NCBI GenBank assembly: GCA_028023455.1
Contig: JAQFVV010000003.1
Location: 13,144,001-13,208,000 of the forward strand
Reading direction: 5' to 3'
DNA length: 64,000 nt
DNA from: Epiperipatus broadwayi
Taxonomy: Eukaryota > Animalia > Onychophora
Positions 12,775-26,647 of this stretch are shown one piece after another; within the stretch, counting starts at the first letter, position 1; each line of letters begins with the position of its first letter. The notes below the pieces were generated by a model. The model saw only the letters and a list, made by a program, of their open reading frames with translations. It made no database searches and was not told the origin of the DNA. The translations under genes were made by a program, and so were the position numbers.

Positions 12775-15110
12775 ATTGACTTAATTAATTTCTGGACCCA
12801 CTATGCTTTTATTTTAAGGTGAATCTAAAAAACTCAATTGTGGTTGAAGAAACAAGATTTTTTTTACTTTTTAGTGCATGGTAAATAAAAGCATTTAATA
12901 TAAAAAAAAAATTTCATCTATTATTTTAACTTTTTGGTATTAGCTTAATAAATAAAAATGTAAAACTGTATTATACTTTAAATTGACTTGATCCTTATAG
13001 TTGATATATATATATTGTACCATCTACAAATAGATGGTCCAAAGATATTGGCATTTAAAAGTTAAAAAAAGGTACATTTAAAGATCTTTTAAATTTATGC
13101 ATTTTAAATTATTTTTTTAGTTTGTGTAATTTATTTTTTTTAAAACATACAATGAAAGTTACATTTTTCGTTCATATGTAATTAAAAATAAAAGTTAAAA
13201 TTGGAAAGAATAAAAGATACGCAGATTACTAATCCAAACAAATAAAAAGAAAAATTCCGAAGTAAAAGATTACAATCATTAAAACTTCGTTTTGGAAGCT
13301 AATTAAAGATGGAAGAATTATGCTGGAAAAAAGTCTAAAAATAGATCATGACTATAAAAGGTTAGAAAAATTAAAACTGGGTCTTTGTCTTTTCCTTAAC
13401 TAGCAGCTTCCATTAGGTCTGGAATAGAGAAAATATCCTATGCTGGACTACTCATATGCAGGACTACCATTACTCATATGCTGAAGTGGATCATCATGCG
13501 GAGAAGAATGATGCATTTATAGGTCACTCAGAAAAAACATTGAGTCTAGCCATTAGGATGGGTTAAATACCTACAAAAATGTTGACAGAGGAAAACTAGT
13601 TAATTTCAATGAGCTCTTCAAAATGTGTACTACAAAACTTACTGGTAAGATTATACATATCCCGATTGTGACTAAATTAGCATTTGCAAACAATCCTTCC
13701 TATAAGCTTATAATATTACTACTAATAGAGACATTTACAAAATTGTCATTCAAAGAACTTTCTGGAAGAAACTTAAGTGAACTTTAATTATTAAACTCTT
13801 TCCAATTAATTAGTAATGTGTTTTTAATATTTTAATTTGTTAGAATAAAAATATTTATTTCTAATATCAACTATTCATTATGCATTATTGATGACAGTTA
13901 TTAAATTTATTAATGTTAGTTTATTAGAATTCAAATGTATAATTTACCTTTGCCAATATTTGATGATTGAGCCCCGGGAATAATACTCTCTAAAAAAATT
14001 AAGTTACAGGAAATCATAACCCCAACCTTTTAGTTACTTGCATCAACATTATGGGATACAAGGACATTAGGAGTCTATTGACTATTACACCCTCTTATAA
14101 ATAAAAACTAACTTTGTCAGCAATTCCTGTCATGATTAGTAGGCTAGTTAATCAAGAAATATAGCTATGTATTTGGAAATAGGAACAAGATATATTTCTT
14201 TCTCCATAGCTTGATTAACTCACTTTATAGTGTGTAAAAAAAGGCCTACCAGAATCTGGCAAAACGTGAAGAACATTACAGTATATATCATTAGACATTT
14301 CTGTTATAAATTTAAATGTATATCTCTTATGCATATATTATATTTAGCATGTATACATAATAATTTATGTGTATGTAAGTAATTAAAAATCTGAAATATT
14401 TTAAGTGAAAGTGTTTGACACCTTTGCTTTTGATTGGAAATTATTTTTTTAAAAATAAAACTTATCAAAGCTATATTGTAAATGAATTTCACTTAATACA
14501 TATAATTTTACTTTAAATCAATTTCACATTTATAGTGTACATATATACTAGATATTTCTACAGTAAGTTAATATTATATTCTTTATGTAAATATCATATT
14601 TAATATGTGTACTTAATTATATATGTATAAAAATCAATAACTAACATTTTTCTTTAAAATTAATTGATATTTTTTCTTTTTGATTTTTTTTTTTAAAAAA
14701 TAGCTTAACAAGATTATATTGTAAACAAACTTTTTTATTATTTAAATGAAGCTTTCAATTGAAATCAAGAAAATCATGTGCATTATTTAAAACATTGACC
14801 CCCCCTCCTTTTATATCTTAAAGTTTCCTATCACTTTCATAGAGATTTTTTTAATGTACAAAATTTGAACAATTATAATTATTAAATCTCAATTTTAAAA
14901 TGTTATTAAATTAAAAGAAAAATATCTATACCACACTCTTGTGAGCCTTACTTAAAACAAATGAGAGTTCTAAGAAGACTTTTTAAATTTGAAATTACAA
15001 AATATTCAATATTTTCCCACCTCTAACTTAAAAATGATCAAAAGTTTACAAAAAAACACACTAACAAACAAAACAGTTTTCCAGGCTCAATAAAAGCATT
15101 TAAAAAGGAA
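12775..15110. repeat. Dispersed repeat copy (12775-13015 and 14295-15110) interrupted by ~1.3 kb of other sequence; homologous to 48645-49990
   Basis: Shared blocks attgacttaattaatttctgga, atactttaaattgacttga, aaagtgtttgaca, aatcaagaaaatcatg, ctcttgtgag, in the same order and orientation. Confidence 0.8.
13643..13699 (-). CDS. Candidate 57-nt exon EGLFANANLVTIGICIILP (hydrophobic, membrane-protein-like)
   Basis: tatag| acceptor, ca|GTAAGT donor, 3n length, only one open frame, retained CpG. Pyrimidine tract is weak. Confidence 0.35.
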
Positions 15111-18100
15111 AGAAACTTAAATATATGGGTATAAATAGCAATATAAAATGCTTATTAACAATTTTTTGTACAAAATTATTCAACAAACCATTGTTTTTTT
15201 TTTTGTTGGTTTTTATATAAACTAATTTTGTTATGGCATATGACTGGATATTTATTCATCTTTAATCATTTGTGTAAAAAATTTCTTGATCATTAATTAT
15301 ATTGGTAGTCTACAAAAAGAAAAACACTTCCAGTTTTGTTTATTTATTAGTTGAATGGTCTTGTATCTCTTCTTCTTTTTTTTTTTTTTTTGCCTATTTT
15401 GATATCTTTTTATTGTGTAAAAAATATTCTTTATTTGGTAGACATTTTCAGTAAAGTCAAATTAGAAAATATATTTATTATATTATTCTGGATTTATCTC
15501 AGTATTTTATATAAATATACTATTATAATTTGATTAAATGTATTATTAAGATCATGTAAGAATAATATCAACATCTATATATAATTATATGTAAGTGCAA
15601 ATAAAGTAATAACACTTGATCTTCATAAGTTGTAATTTGTTATTGTTTGCCATCTTTTTAACACATCTTAAATATCTCGGTTATTTCGAGCACCATTATA
15701 ATCTTTAATGAGTTTTTTTTTTTTTTTTCAACTTTTACTGTAATCTAAATTCAGCAATTGTCTAAAGAGAAATCAAGAACTTGCTTCAGAATGAATTGTA
15801 TGAAACTTTCACAGACAGACTTGTAATAGTTTGTTTTAAAATGCATTAATTTTAATGGCTAAAATGGATTTTTTATTTTTCAACTTTAACTTATCAAGTA
15901 TATAATTTTCCATAAAATGAAAACTATTCCTGTGCTTTTTTTTTTTGTTTTGTTTTAAAGAAAATAAAATTAAGTAAGTAATTTGGAAATTAATCTTTGA
16001 CTAGTATCTAAGAAAATAATTATGCAAATTATTTAAAATTGTCCTTTAAACAATTTTCATAATTTTTATAATTTTCTAAATCATAACAAAAACTTATAGT
16101 TGAAGATAAAGTTTTATCATTTATAAGTTTAGATTCATACCAGTCTTTTAATGTTTATATAATTTTTTTAAAATGTTGGAAACATTTTTTCAGTAAATGC
16201 CACACTGAAATTTAACCAAATTTTGATATATATATATGTTTGCATTTAAGCACTATCTTGGGATAATTTTAAAAGATCTCTGAATATGCTGCTTTTGTTA
16301 AGTTCTTTGCAAGAAATAAAAATAAAAAAAATTGTAGGAAAGATCACAAAATGCTTTTGAATAAATAAAATCTATCATCAGCTATAAAATATCATAAGTC
16401 TATATGTTTTTTTGTAAAGTTATAATACGTTTTTCTATGTGTTATTAAAAACTAAATTTTGAGTAAAGTAATATGCAAATGAATAACTTCAAATTTTATG
16501 AATGGATAAAACAGAGTCAATGTAGACAATAAAAGCAAGAGAGCAAAATATTTTGGGCACATCATAAAAATGATAAATACTCTATTTTTTAATTACTTAT
16601 TGATATAAAAATATTGACAAATGATCTAACAAAAAGAAATGATTCTTGGCTCAAATTTTGCAGCAAGTTTTTGGCTTCAGTATAAAAAATGTCTTTATGT
16701 TGGTGTTTTGAGGATTTTATTATTTATAAATTTCCACAAAGAGATGTCCTATAAAAAAAGAAAAATAACATTTAAAACCAATAAAATGATTTGCTTTTTC
16801 ATTATCTGAGAATATGTTATCTGAGAATATGTTCTGATAGCAACTGGTTATGTTCAAAATATATTAACTTTAAATTGAATTCCAGAAGATGTTAGAAGAT
16901 ACATGTGAGATAAATGGATAAGATTAAAAGTTTGCTGAATGGTGTGAATAACAGAAGCTAATTGTTTGGAAAAAGTGAATAAAATTAGAACAGAAAATCA
17001 AAGTGATGATTTATATATTTAAATATATATAATTAATTTTAATATAATAAAATTACTAATGATTTAAATGAAATAACAGGTGATTATCATTTTTAAACAA
17101 GAATGGACTTGTGACATAATGGTTTAATGTATTGGCCTAGTATAATCATGACCAGAAATCAAAGTTCAGTTTGTTTTCCAAATAATGTTTTATATTAATC
17201 AGTAAATAGATAGCTTACCTGTTTTAATCTAAATAATAAATTAAATTCTTACAGAGTGGAATAAATTAAATCAGTTGTGAATCAATGTTGCATCAATAAA
17301 GAAAAAAAAAACATATTTGAAATATGATACAACTTCCACCATTCCCAATAGATCTCATATGTCTACAGTTGCTCAGTCTATGGCCTATTTTAATTACTTA
17401 TGTATGCTTAGTTTAGTGCAGTAACAGACTGTCAGGCTCTAGAGTGGGTCCTTGGATTTATTCCAGTGTTGACATTTCAGGCACTTAAAACTTTTTATTA
17501 ATACTTGAGCATTAAAGCGATCATGTAGATAAAAAAAATGTAGTTTAGATATAAATAGTTAAAAGTGTGTACTGTGACTTCTACCTTCTCAATATTTGAA
17601 TAACTTATGACCAAATGAATACAAGGTATACAGTGCAATACTTAATTATCTAATAATCTTCACCTGCTTTTAGACAAAGAATATTTGTATGCTTTATGTA
17701 TGAGGCGAGAGATAATTAACAAAAACAAACTCCCATTATCAATGATTAAGAGATTCAAAAATAAATCATGGATTTAGTACTCATAGATGTGTATCAATCC
17801 CTTATGGGTGATGATATTTGCATCATATTTTTGTTGTGCTTAGAATTAGTGCATTAACATTTATCTGCTAGACACAGATTGCCTGTGACTCCTTTCTCAA
17901 ACTAAAATCTCTAAATATCCATTTACAGACAACATTGGATGAACAACTAAACTGGATATCTGAAGAAATCCTAGACTTATTTGAGGATTCCTCAACTACA
18001 TGAAAAAATATCCATGTTTTGTCTGGATTTGAATTCTATGTTAAGAAAGACACCTATCTGGAACATTAACTGTTGATTATATTAAGAATAAATTTCATTA

Positions 18101-18308
18101 TTTAATTTCTTATTTGCCTTAGCTGAGATAGTAATTTTTAGCAAAAAACATATAATGATTATATAAATATTATTGATAGTGATAATGACAATAATTATTC
18201 TCATCATTGTTCGTGATGAATGATATCTCATTCACTAATGGTAAAGACAACATCATTTTCTAACAATCTAGATTAATCTGAATCTTTATTCTCTAGATAT
18301 CTATTTAC

Positions 18309-18347
18309 CAACCAATATTGAATAATTAGCTGCATTCACTTTGCTAT
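18309..18347 (-). CDS. Candidate 39-nt exon (D)SKVNAANYSILV(G)
   Basis: ttttttctttcag| acceptor, g|gtaaat donor, only one open frame (phase 1-1). Confidence 0.3.
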
Positions 18348-19870
18348 CTGAAAGAAAAAATCTTACATTTGCTTATGATTTGAAAAAATTTCCAAAGTTC
18401 ACTGAGCATGGACTTAAATCCCAGGTAATGAAGATTATATTATTAGAGGTCAAGTCGAGTTCGTATGCAAAATGTCTTCCGAGTTTTTAACTAAAAAAAA
18501 AAAAAAAATTCCAGCATTGCAATATATAATCTGTGATAATGTTGTTGTTGTTTTTTTGTTAGATAATGTTTGTAATAATTTATATCAGCTTTATCTGTTA
18601 AAGCAGAAAGGTGGTTTGGGACACAGAGACACCATAAGTTATTCGATATTAATTTAATAAACACTTCAAATCTTAAATAACGGTAAATATTTGATAACAT
18701 TTATATTACTAATATGATGATATTCATAATAATTGGGGAGAGAGGGGGTACAACTAATATTTTTAAAAAAACGTTCAAGTTTGTTTTCAGTAATATTTTT
18801 AAAAATAATAAAATCATTACGAAATTGCTGTTTCATTACATTTATGTTTTAAAAAGTGTAAAAACTATTATATGTGAATTATGTGTTGTAATTTAGTTAA
18901 AATTTCGAATTTAGCTTTACCTGTTCTTTGGGGGGGGGATTGGAAATTTCATTTTTCATCTTTTTTAACTAGGTTCTTTTTAATTGCCAAATATTTTATG
19001 GGTAACTTTAATATTTTCTATACATGAATTCTCAAGTTAAAATTTATCCACTGCTATAATTTCTAGCATTTATTCATAAGATATTTAAAATTGATAAATA
19101 ATTCATTATAATTTTTTCCTTGTAATATCTCAATCCTAAAAAATATTTTTTAAATTTTTTTTACGATTTCAAAACTTATTTTTTAAATATTAATAATTCC
19201 ACAATCTTGATTATTTTAATCTCCCCCTCCCCCCCCTCTCTCTCTTTTATGTATATATTTTTTATTCTAATGCAGTGATGAATATGCATGATCTACTGAA
19301 ATTATAAACCTCACGATCTCCAGCTTATATACAATATTTTACAGGAGCAAATTATTTATTATATTCTGCTGCTGCATAGTAAAAAAGAAAGATGAGTAGC
19401 TAGTTGGAAGGTACATTAGATCCAGGGATCTAGTTGCCCCAGATGCACATCAAGCTCTTCATAAGAAGATTAAACACAGTGTATATGGATTTAATAAACA
19501 TTAAATTCTAATGTCTATTAATTACTCAATTTTGCAATAGATGGCAGTAATAGAATAGAATAAATAGTTCATATGCTTTCTTGCTGCTCTTCCCCATGGC
19601 TGCTTTGACAATTTATTAAGTAAATACTCGTATCGTACATATGTTCTAAAAATAAAACAATTTTTATTTGCTCATTATAAGACATAATCTGAAATGTAAT
19701 TTCTAAAATTGTGGCCATTCAATTAGATTAAATAATTTTTGATTACAAACAAATTTCAATGGAACAAAAATAAGTCACATGAGTAACATTGTAGTAATTA
19801 AGAATATAAGCACAAGATAATAATTATTGTAAGTATCTCGTAGTGCAATACAAAATTATTCTTTTAATAG

Positions 19871-19900
19871 ATCTAGAACAAAGATTTGAATCTGGATTAG
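19871..19900 (+). CDS. Candidate 30-nt exon (x)LEQRFESGL
   Basis: cttttaatag| acceptor, ag|gtaaat donor, only one open frame (phase 1-1). Confidence 0.3.
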
Positions 19901-22319
19901 GTAAATATGAAAACTTTTTGGGAATTAGGCTTTTTATTTCAGAGAATCTGGGCCAAAACAAATCCAGCTAAACATTTAATATTGGTCAACAAATGGGTAT
20001 CAGTTATTCTTAACTACAGAACTAACAAGAATTGAAAGACATTTAAGTCATCATCATCCTGAAAATGAAAGGTCTGATCAGTGCTGCTTCTTTTCTACAT
20101 TATTTCTCTTAAAAAAAGCTGTTGGAAAGCTTGTTGTCATGCAATGGGATATGTAAAGACTGTTTTATCCTCTATTTATATGTAGCAGTTACAACTGTAT
20201 GAATCTTTAATTGTTTTTGCTTAGGCAGCACATATTAGAATTAAAATAATGCAGAAAAGATTGATGTTGCCATATATAAGTAGGACACTCAAATTTGTGA
20301 AGTATTCCATGTTTTCCCTGAAAACTTTAGGCTAGTGGCAAAATGATGGATTCAGGAGCTAAAAGTTCCTGAATTGATTCTCACTTGAGAGAAAAAAAAT
20401 CAGTTTGATCAATTAAATGTATATTAAATCCATAATTTGAATATTCAAACACATTACCTTTTGCAATTAACTATTTAGTTATTAATAATATAGTAAATTT
20501 AGTTTTGGCTTTGGCCATTTTGAATTCATCATTTCTAGATTTGGTTTATATTATATAACATAATTCATTCATTACTACATATGAACATACATATATGGAT
20601 GTTAACATAGACACATATATTATTAGTTTTCCAGAAAGACAACAAAAATATAATTCCCAAAATTTGGAGATTTTGCCTGCACTCCCATCTGATGTCCATT
20701 GATTAATCAATGTATACATTAAGCATTTAAAATTATCACTGCTAATGAGTGACATAAGTAATTAAGAATCGGAAAAAGTGTACTAGCCATTACTTTGTAT
20801 GAATGTATGATTGTACTCAGCAGTTTGTATATAAAAACTGGAAATGATGGCTTCAGTTTTCTTTAATAATGACAATCAGTATTAGATGCCTGCTTTATAT
20901 TAAGAACTGTCAAATCCATCTTTCTATATGTTTTATTAATCTAAGTTTTAAAAAAGACAGAAAATCTTTTTTCACACAACCATATAAATATCCTTTGATA
21001 TGATGCAATAGTCTTTCAGTTAAATACATTATAAAATTGTACATGCACACATACATGCATGTGCGGATATTAATAAATAAATTATATATGATGAGAAATA
21101 GGCTATAATTCAAACAAACATTGAAGCAAGCATATATGAATTCAGATATGCATCACTTCAATATATAGTATATAGTACAAATACTGGGAAGATCTTCATA
21201 ACATTAATTTTTTGGATTTAATTAACAATAAAAATGATTTTAAGAAAATGGTGCTCGAAACTTTATTTTTTTAAACATTATATGTGTATACATAAGTAAA
21301 TTAACCTTAATAGAGATAAGAAAATTACAATTAATTAATTAAAGAAATTCATTTTATATATATATAAATTATACGTGTTGACAATTTTATATGACCATGG
21401 CAAATTAGAAAAAAATGATTGTTTAATTATTTTTACTATTGTATATTTATTGAAATGTTTGCATTTACAGTACATATTTTATTTTTGACTTTATAAACAT
21501 ATTACATGTAATATTTTATTAAGGCAAAATTGCCATGCCACCTGTAGATTCATTAATTTTATTAATACTAATGATAGAATACAGTTCTTTTGTATTTAAA
21601 CCACTAAATGAGAAGTACATATATGCACTTCAACTTGAATTCCTTCATCTTTATTCAGTAAATTCTAGATTAGTGCAATGGTAAAAACTTGAGTACCGAT
21701 CTAATTGGCGATCTATGTTTGAATTTTCTCTTTATTTGAGTCTTTCAATACTGGAATGACTAATCAAGTAATTGTAGATTTCTTAACTAAAATGGCAATT
21801 TATTCTAGCAGTAATACTATTACGATTAAATTTATAAATTCACTGTTTAATCTAAAACCTCGTGTATAAGTAAGTATTCATTGACAGATCTTTTGTTTTT
21901 TGGGAAATTATTATTTCTCTTTTCAATTTCTTATTGGATTTAAAGAAGAGTATATAGAGGAGGGGCTACAGAAGAAGTTTGCTATTAACTGAAAGGAGAC
22001 CCTTTGATTCCTCTTGAAAGCCTTAAAGGTACTGAGCAGGGCAAATTCCTAATGACCACTCCATATGTTCTTTGTCATTGCAACTGTTATTAGTATGTGA
22101 TTATTCATATAGTGTATGAACATAGATGGGTTGCTCACCAACATGCATTAGCCAGTGTGGTGAGTTTATTGGCTTTTTACCTCTGAGTTTAAGATCAAGA
22201 AACACCATGGTCTTTCTTCTCAACTGCCTGATAAGGCAGATTGAATGTAGGTATAAATGATAAATATTTTTTCAATAGATATATGCAATCATGACAGATA
22301 AAAATAAATCATGTCTTTT

Positions 22320-25206
22320 ATTCCCAGGAGGCTGTAAAGTCACCAACGAATGTAGCAGTTGATGGCCGAAGGTTGAGGATGCTAAGAATCCCCTGATTGT
22401 GGACACAGGCTGCCATTTGATGACAACTTTTTATTTAGGTACTTACAACTGCAGATCACTTTCAAATGAAGGAAGATTGCAAGAATTAGAAGAAGAACTG
22501 TTTTATATTAAATGGGACATTATTGGACTTTGTTAGAAGAAAAGGTGAAGAGTTAATTGATTTAAAAAGTGGACATGTACTCTATTATAAAGGCACACAT
22601 ATTGGAAATGTAAGTGGAATATGGAAGAACCACATTGTGGAGATTGACAGTGTATTGGACAGAGTGGCAATATTAGTTATACAACTTAATAGCAGATACC
22701 AAATGCAGATAATTCAAGTTTATTCCCCAACAAGTTCTCATAGTGATGAAGTAGTAGAAGATTTTTATATGGATTGTACAAAATATTTTTGATTAGAATA
22801 AACAACATTTTAAAATTGTTATGGGAGACTTGAATGCTAGAATTGGTAAACAAATGAAAGATGAAAGTGCTATAGGTAATTTTGGTTATGGTAATAGAAA
22901 TGAGAGAGGACATAGACTTGTGGAGTTTGCAGAAAAAGAAAAACTTTATATTATGAATTCTTTTTTTTTTTTTTTTTTGAGAAAAATGTTAAAAGGAAAT
23001 GGACATGGAAGCATTCACATGAAGGTACAGCAGAATTGGATTATATTTTGACTAACAGAAAATACATATTTCAAAATTGTAATGTTCGTAATACATTTAG
23101 CACAGGAAGTGATCGATTAGTAAGATGTAAGATACGTGTTAATGCAAAACTAGAGAGACAAAAATTATTAAGAAAAACAATATTTACAGTTGATATTCCT
23201 AATCTTCAGAAACTTTCTAATGAATTTAAATTAGAACTTACAAATCGGTTTCAAGTATTAGTAGATTTTGAACATGATTCAGATTTGAATGAAATTAATA
23301 TGAAAATAACTGATACACTTTTAAAAACTGCAACAAAAATAACTGATAGAAAAAAGCAGTACTTGACCAATAAAATTTCTACTGAGACTAGAGAATTTAT
23401 GAAGAAAAAAAAAGAATATGAAGATATACAAAAATGATGCATTAAAAAGGATTGAATATCTCAAATTTTATAAAATGGTGTGGAAAAGAGTTGAAAATGA
23501 TATAAGAAAGTATAACTGTGAATTAGCAAGGAAAGCTGTAGAAGAGAAAAATCTCAAGAGTGTAAAGCAACATTTTGGTATTGGTAGGAAATTTATGTCT
23601 GCAATAAGAAAAAAAGATGGAATTATTACTAAAAAAAGAGATGACATCATGAAATGGCAGAAGACTTTTATCAAGAATTAAATAGTAACAAAGAACAAGT
23701 ACCTCCTATATCTACTGTATCTTCTGAATTGCCCAGAATTTTAAATGTAAAAGTGAGATATGCAATTAAATTTATGAAGAAAGGAAAGGCTCTAGGTAAT
23801 GATGGAATTATAATTTATATTTTAAAAGAAGCAGGTGAAGAAATAGAATTTTTTTTAGCAAAGTTATATACCAAATGTCTAAATGATAAAGATATACCAG
23901 ATGATTGGAAGAATGCAGTATTAATATTTAAAAAAGGTGATAAAGAAGAAATTAAAAATTACTGACTATCAGTCTTTTATCAGTTTTATACAAAAATTTT
24001 ACCAAGATAATTACAACTCGTCTACAGAGAACTTTGGATTTCCACCAACCAAGAGAACAAGCTGGATTTAAAAGTGGTTTTAGTACAGTAGATCATATCC
24101 AGGTATTGAGAGAAGTCATAGAAAGGACAAATGAATATGAGTTGTCATTATGTTTTGGATTTGTAGATTATGAAAAGGCATTTGATTCTATAAACATTTC
24201 TTCAATAATTAAAGCATTGGAGCATCAAGATATAGGTCCAGGATATTGCCATATTTTGAAGAATATTTATAAAAATGCAACAGCAACAATTAGATTACAT
24301 AATGATACTAGGAAAGTCAACATTGAGAAGGGTGCAAGACAGGGTGACTCCATATCTCCAAAGCTTTTACAATAGTGCTGCAAGAAGTATTTTGTGGATT
24401 AATATGGGAAGCTAAAGGAGTGAAAGTAAATGAAGATTATTTAAGTCATTTAAATTTTGCAGATAATGTAGTTGTTTTTTGCAAATAATGCTTTAGAGCT
24501 GTAGGAAATGCTGCAGGAATTATCAGATGAAAGTAGGACTAAAGATAAATGTTAAAAAGACTACAGTAATGTTTAATGGATTTTCTCAAAATATGAAAAA
24601 AAAGATTGATTATGATGAGTTACAAGAAGTTAACAGCTACAAATACATTGGTCAGATTATTAATATAGTTGGAAACATAATGGATGAAATTAATCATAGA
24701 ATTAAACTTGGTTGGAATACTTTTGGTAGAAATAACTTGATACTAAAAGGAAATATGCCTATGTGCTTGAAACGGAAGGTTTTTAATAAATATGTTTTAC
24801 CAGTTCTTACTTATGGATCTGAGACTTGGTCACTTAATAAGAGAGTAGTATAGAGACTTCAGACCACTCAAAGAAGTATGAAGAAATGCATGTTGGAGTA
24901 ACAAGAAGGGATCGAAAACACAATATATAAGTAAGAGAACAAACAGGTGTTACTGACCTCACTGAAAAAATTAAAAGACTGAAGTGGAGTTGGGCTGGAC
25001 ATATTGCTAGAACAGATGATAATAGATGGATAATTGAAATCTTAAACTGGATTCCAAGAGATTGTAAAAGACCCAGAAAGATACCATGTCAGATGGGTGG
25101 GTGAAATAAGAAAGTGTGCAGGGGTGATGTGGAGAAGATAAGTTAAAGATCAGAGAAGATGGACTGAACTTGCAGTAGATTGATAATAGTTGATGATGAT
25201 GATGAT
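22320..25206 (+). mobile_element. Near full-length RTE-clade non-LTR retrotransposon (APE endonuclease + RT), pseudogenised, (GAT)n tail
   Basis: TYNCRSL, MGDLNARIG, NERGHRLVEFAEKEKLYIMNSF, DYIL, QAGFKSGFSTVDHI, FVDYEKAFDSI, KGARQGDSISPKL, FADN, YKYIGQ, WAGHIAR across ORFs 22523-24853. Ends tgatgatgatgatgat. Confidence 0.95.
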
Positions 25207-25341
25207 ATGGAGGAGGGGCAGAGAGATGAGTTCATGGGGGATGGAGGAAACAAAAATACTCGATTTACAAAATGTAGATAAATTTCAAATGATCATTTTC
25301 TTGTTTGTAATTGAAAAAAAAAAAAAATTGGTTATGAAAGT

Positions 25342-25466
25342 TTGGATTCTTTTTTTTTTTTTTAAAGTGTCATAGCATCGGCCGGGACGCGAACCCGCAA
25401 CCCGGGCAACTGCTTGTAAGGCAGTCGCGCTGACCTCTCGACCACCAATGCAAGACAATTGGATTC
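25342..25466 (-). mobile_element. Young tRNA-derived retroposon (short SINE or tRNA retrocopy) with poly(A) and target-site duplication
   Basis: tRNA-like body 25451-25375, GCATTGG...CCGATGC acceptor stem, ACTGC-CTTACAA-GCAGT anticodon arm (TAC), A/B boxes, poly(A) on minus strand. ttggattc duplicated at 25342-25349 and 25459-25466. CpGs intact. Confidence 0.8.
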
Positions 25467-25949
25467 TTTTTTTTTTGTTTTGTTTTGTTTTTAGAGAATT
25501 CTTTCTTCTTTTCCAAATGAGTTTGGAATTTATAGCACCTAAATATTACTATGACTAAATTTATAAATTCACAGGGTAATCTAAAATCTCTTAATATTAG
25601 TTTTCAAAGACCGGGGGTTTTTTTTTTGCCAACTTTTATTTTTTTAAAATTCAATGTGAATTTTAAAAAAAGTCATAAATGAAACATTTTCCTGCTGTAT
25701 TACAATAATTTTTTTTAACTTGTTAGAAATTTGTTTCAAAATAAATTTTGTTATTGTTTTAAAATGTTTCTGAAAATAATAATCTTTGTTTTCATTTAAA
25801 TATATATTTTTTATTTTTTAAAAAATCCAAATCAATAAAAAAGTTTTTATATTAATTTTTTTGTTGTTGTTGTTTTATAGCCAGTCATTTTATTTTTATT
25901 TGGAGAATTTGATTGGATTTATATTGAATGTTGGTGGATCAAAGTCCAT

Positions 25950-26430
25950 AAACCCCATTCCACCTCCCCTCCCCTCACTTTTTAAAAAGCCACTGTGAAA
26001 GATGACAAAATTTTAAAGACAATGTAGATCCAAAACTCAATTAAAGTTGTTTGAATTAGATAATACATGCAGTTTACCAAAGCCAATAATAAAAAAAAGA
26101 AGAAATATACAACTTTTTAAAATTCTCATAATTTTCAAAGAATTTGTTTGAAATAGATAATATACCAATGCAATTTACCCTTGTTCCCTCCCTCCTTACA
26201 TTTTAAAAAACCAATAAGAAAAAATAACTTTTAAAAAAATTTTAAAGACAAAATCATATAAGAAATCAAATCTGCCCATTACAAATCAAAACAGATTGTT
26301 TGAATTAGGGAATAGTACAGACACTATTCACCCTCCTTCTCTTTCTCTCTCCTTATTTTTTAAAAAGCCAATATAAAAAATTTACACAAATTTTTAAAGA
26401 TAGAATAATAAATATTCCAAAACTGTCAAT
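25950..26430. repeat. Degenerate tandem array (~100-150 bp units)
   Basis: Recurrent ttgtttgaa(t/a)tag...ttaaaaagcca...ttttaaaga blocks, about four copies. Confidence 0.5.
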
Positions 26431-26647
26431 TTTAAAGAAGAACTTTGTAATTCTAAAGCACTCAATTTTGTAAGCCAATATTAGATGACAAGAAATCCAA
26501 AGAAACCTAGAAAACTTACCATTGATCTTTTTTTTTTTTTAGAAATTAGAAGAAAAAAAACAAATATTACTAAAAGTTTGCCAAGAAAACAAATTTGTTA
26601 ATATCTAATATACAGGATATATATATACTTGTGCAAGCAACGTAATA

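Noticed and set aside
15685-15715. ggtgctcGAAA here (minus) and at ~21250 as hammerhead halves
   Set aside because: No CTGAnGA or stem II 5' strand is recoverable.
25375-25451. Functional tRNA-Val(TAC) gene
   Set aside because: Extra ~7 nt before the T arm, atypical D arm, and poly(A) plus TSD indicate a retroposed element.
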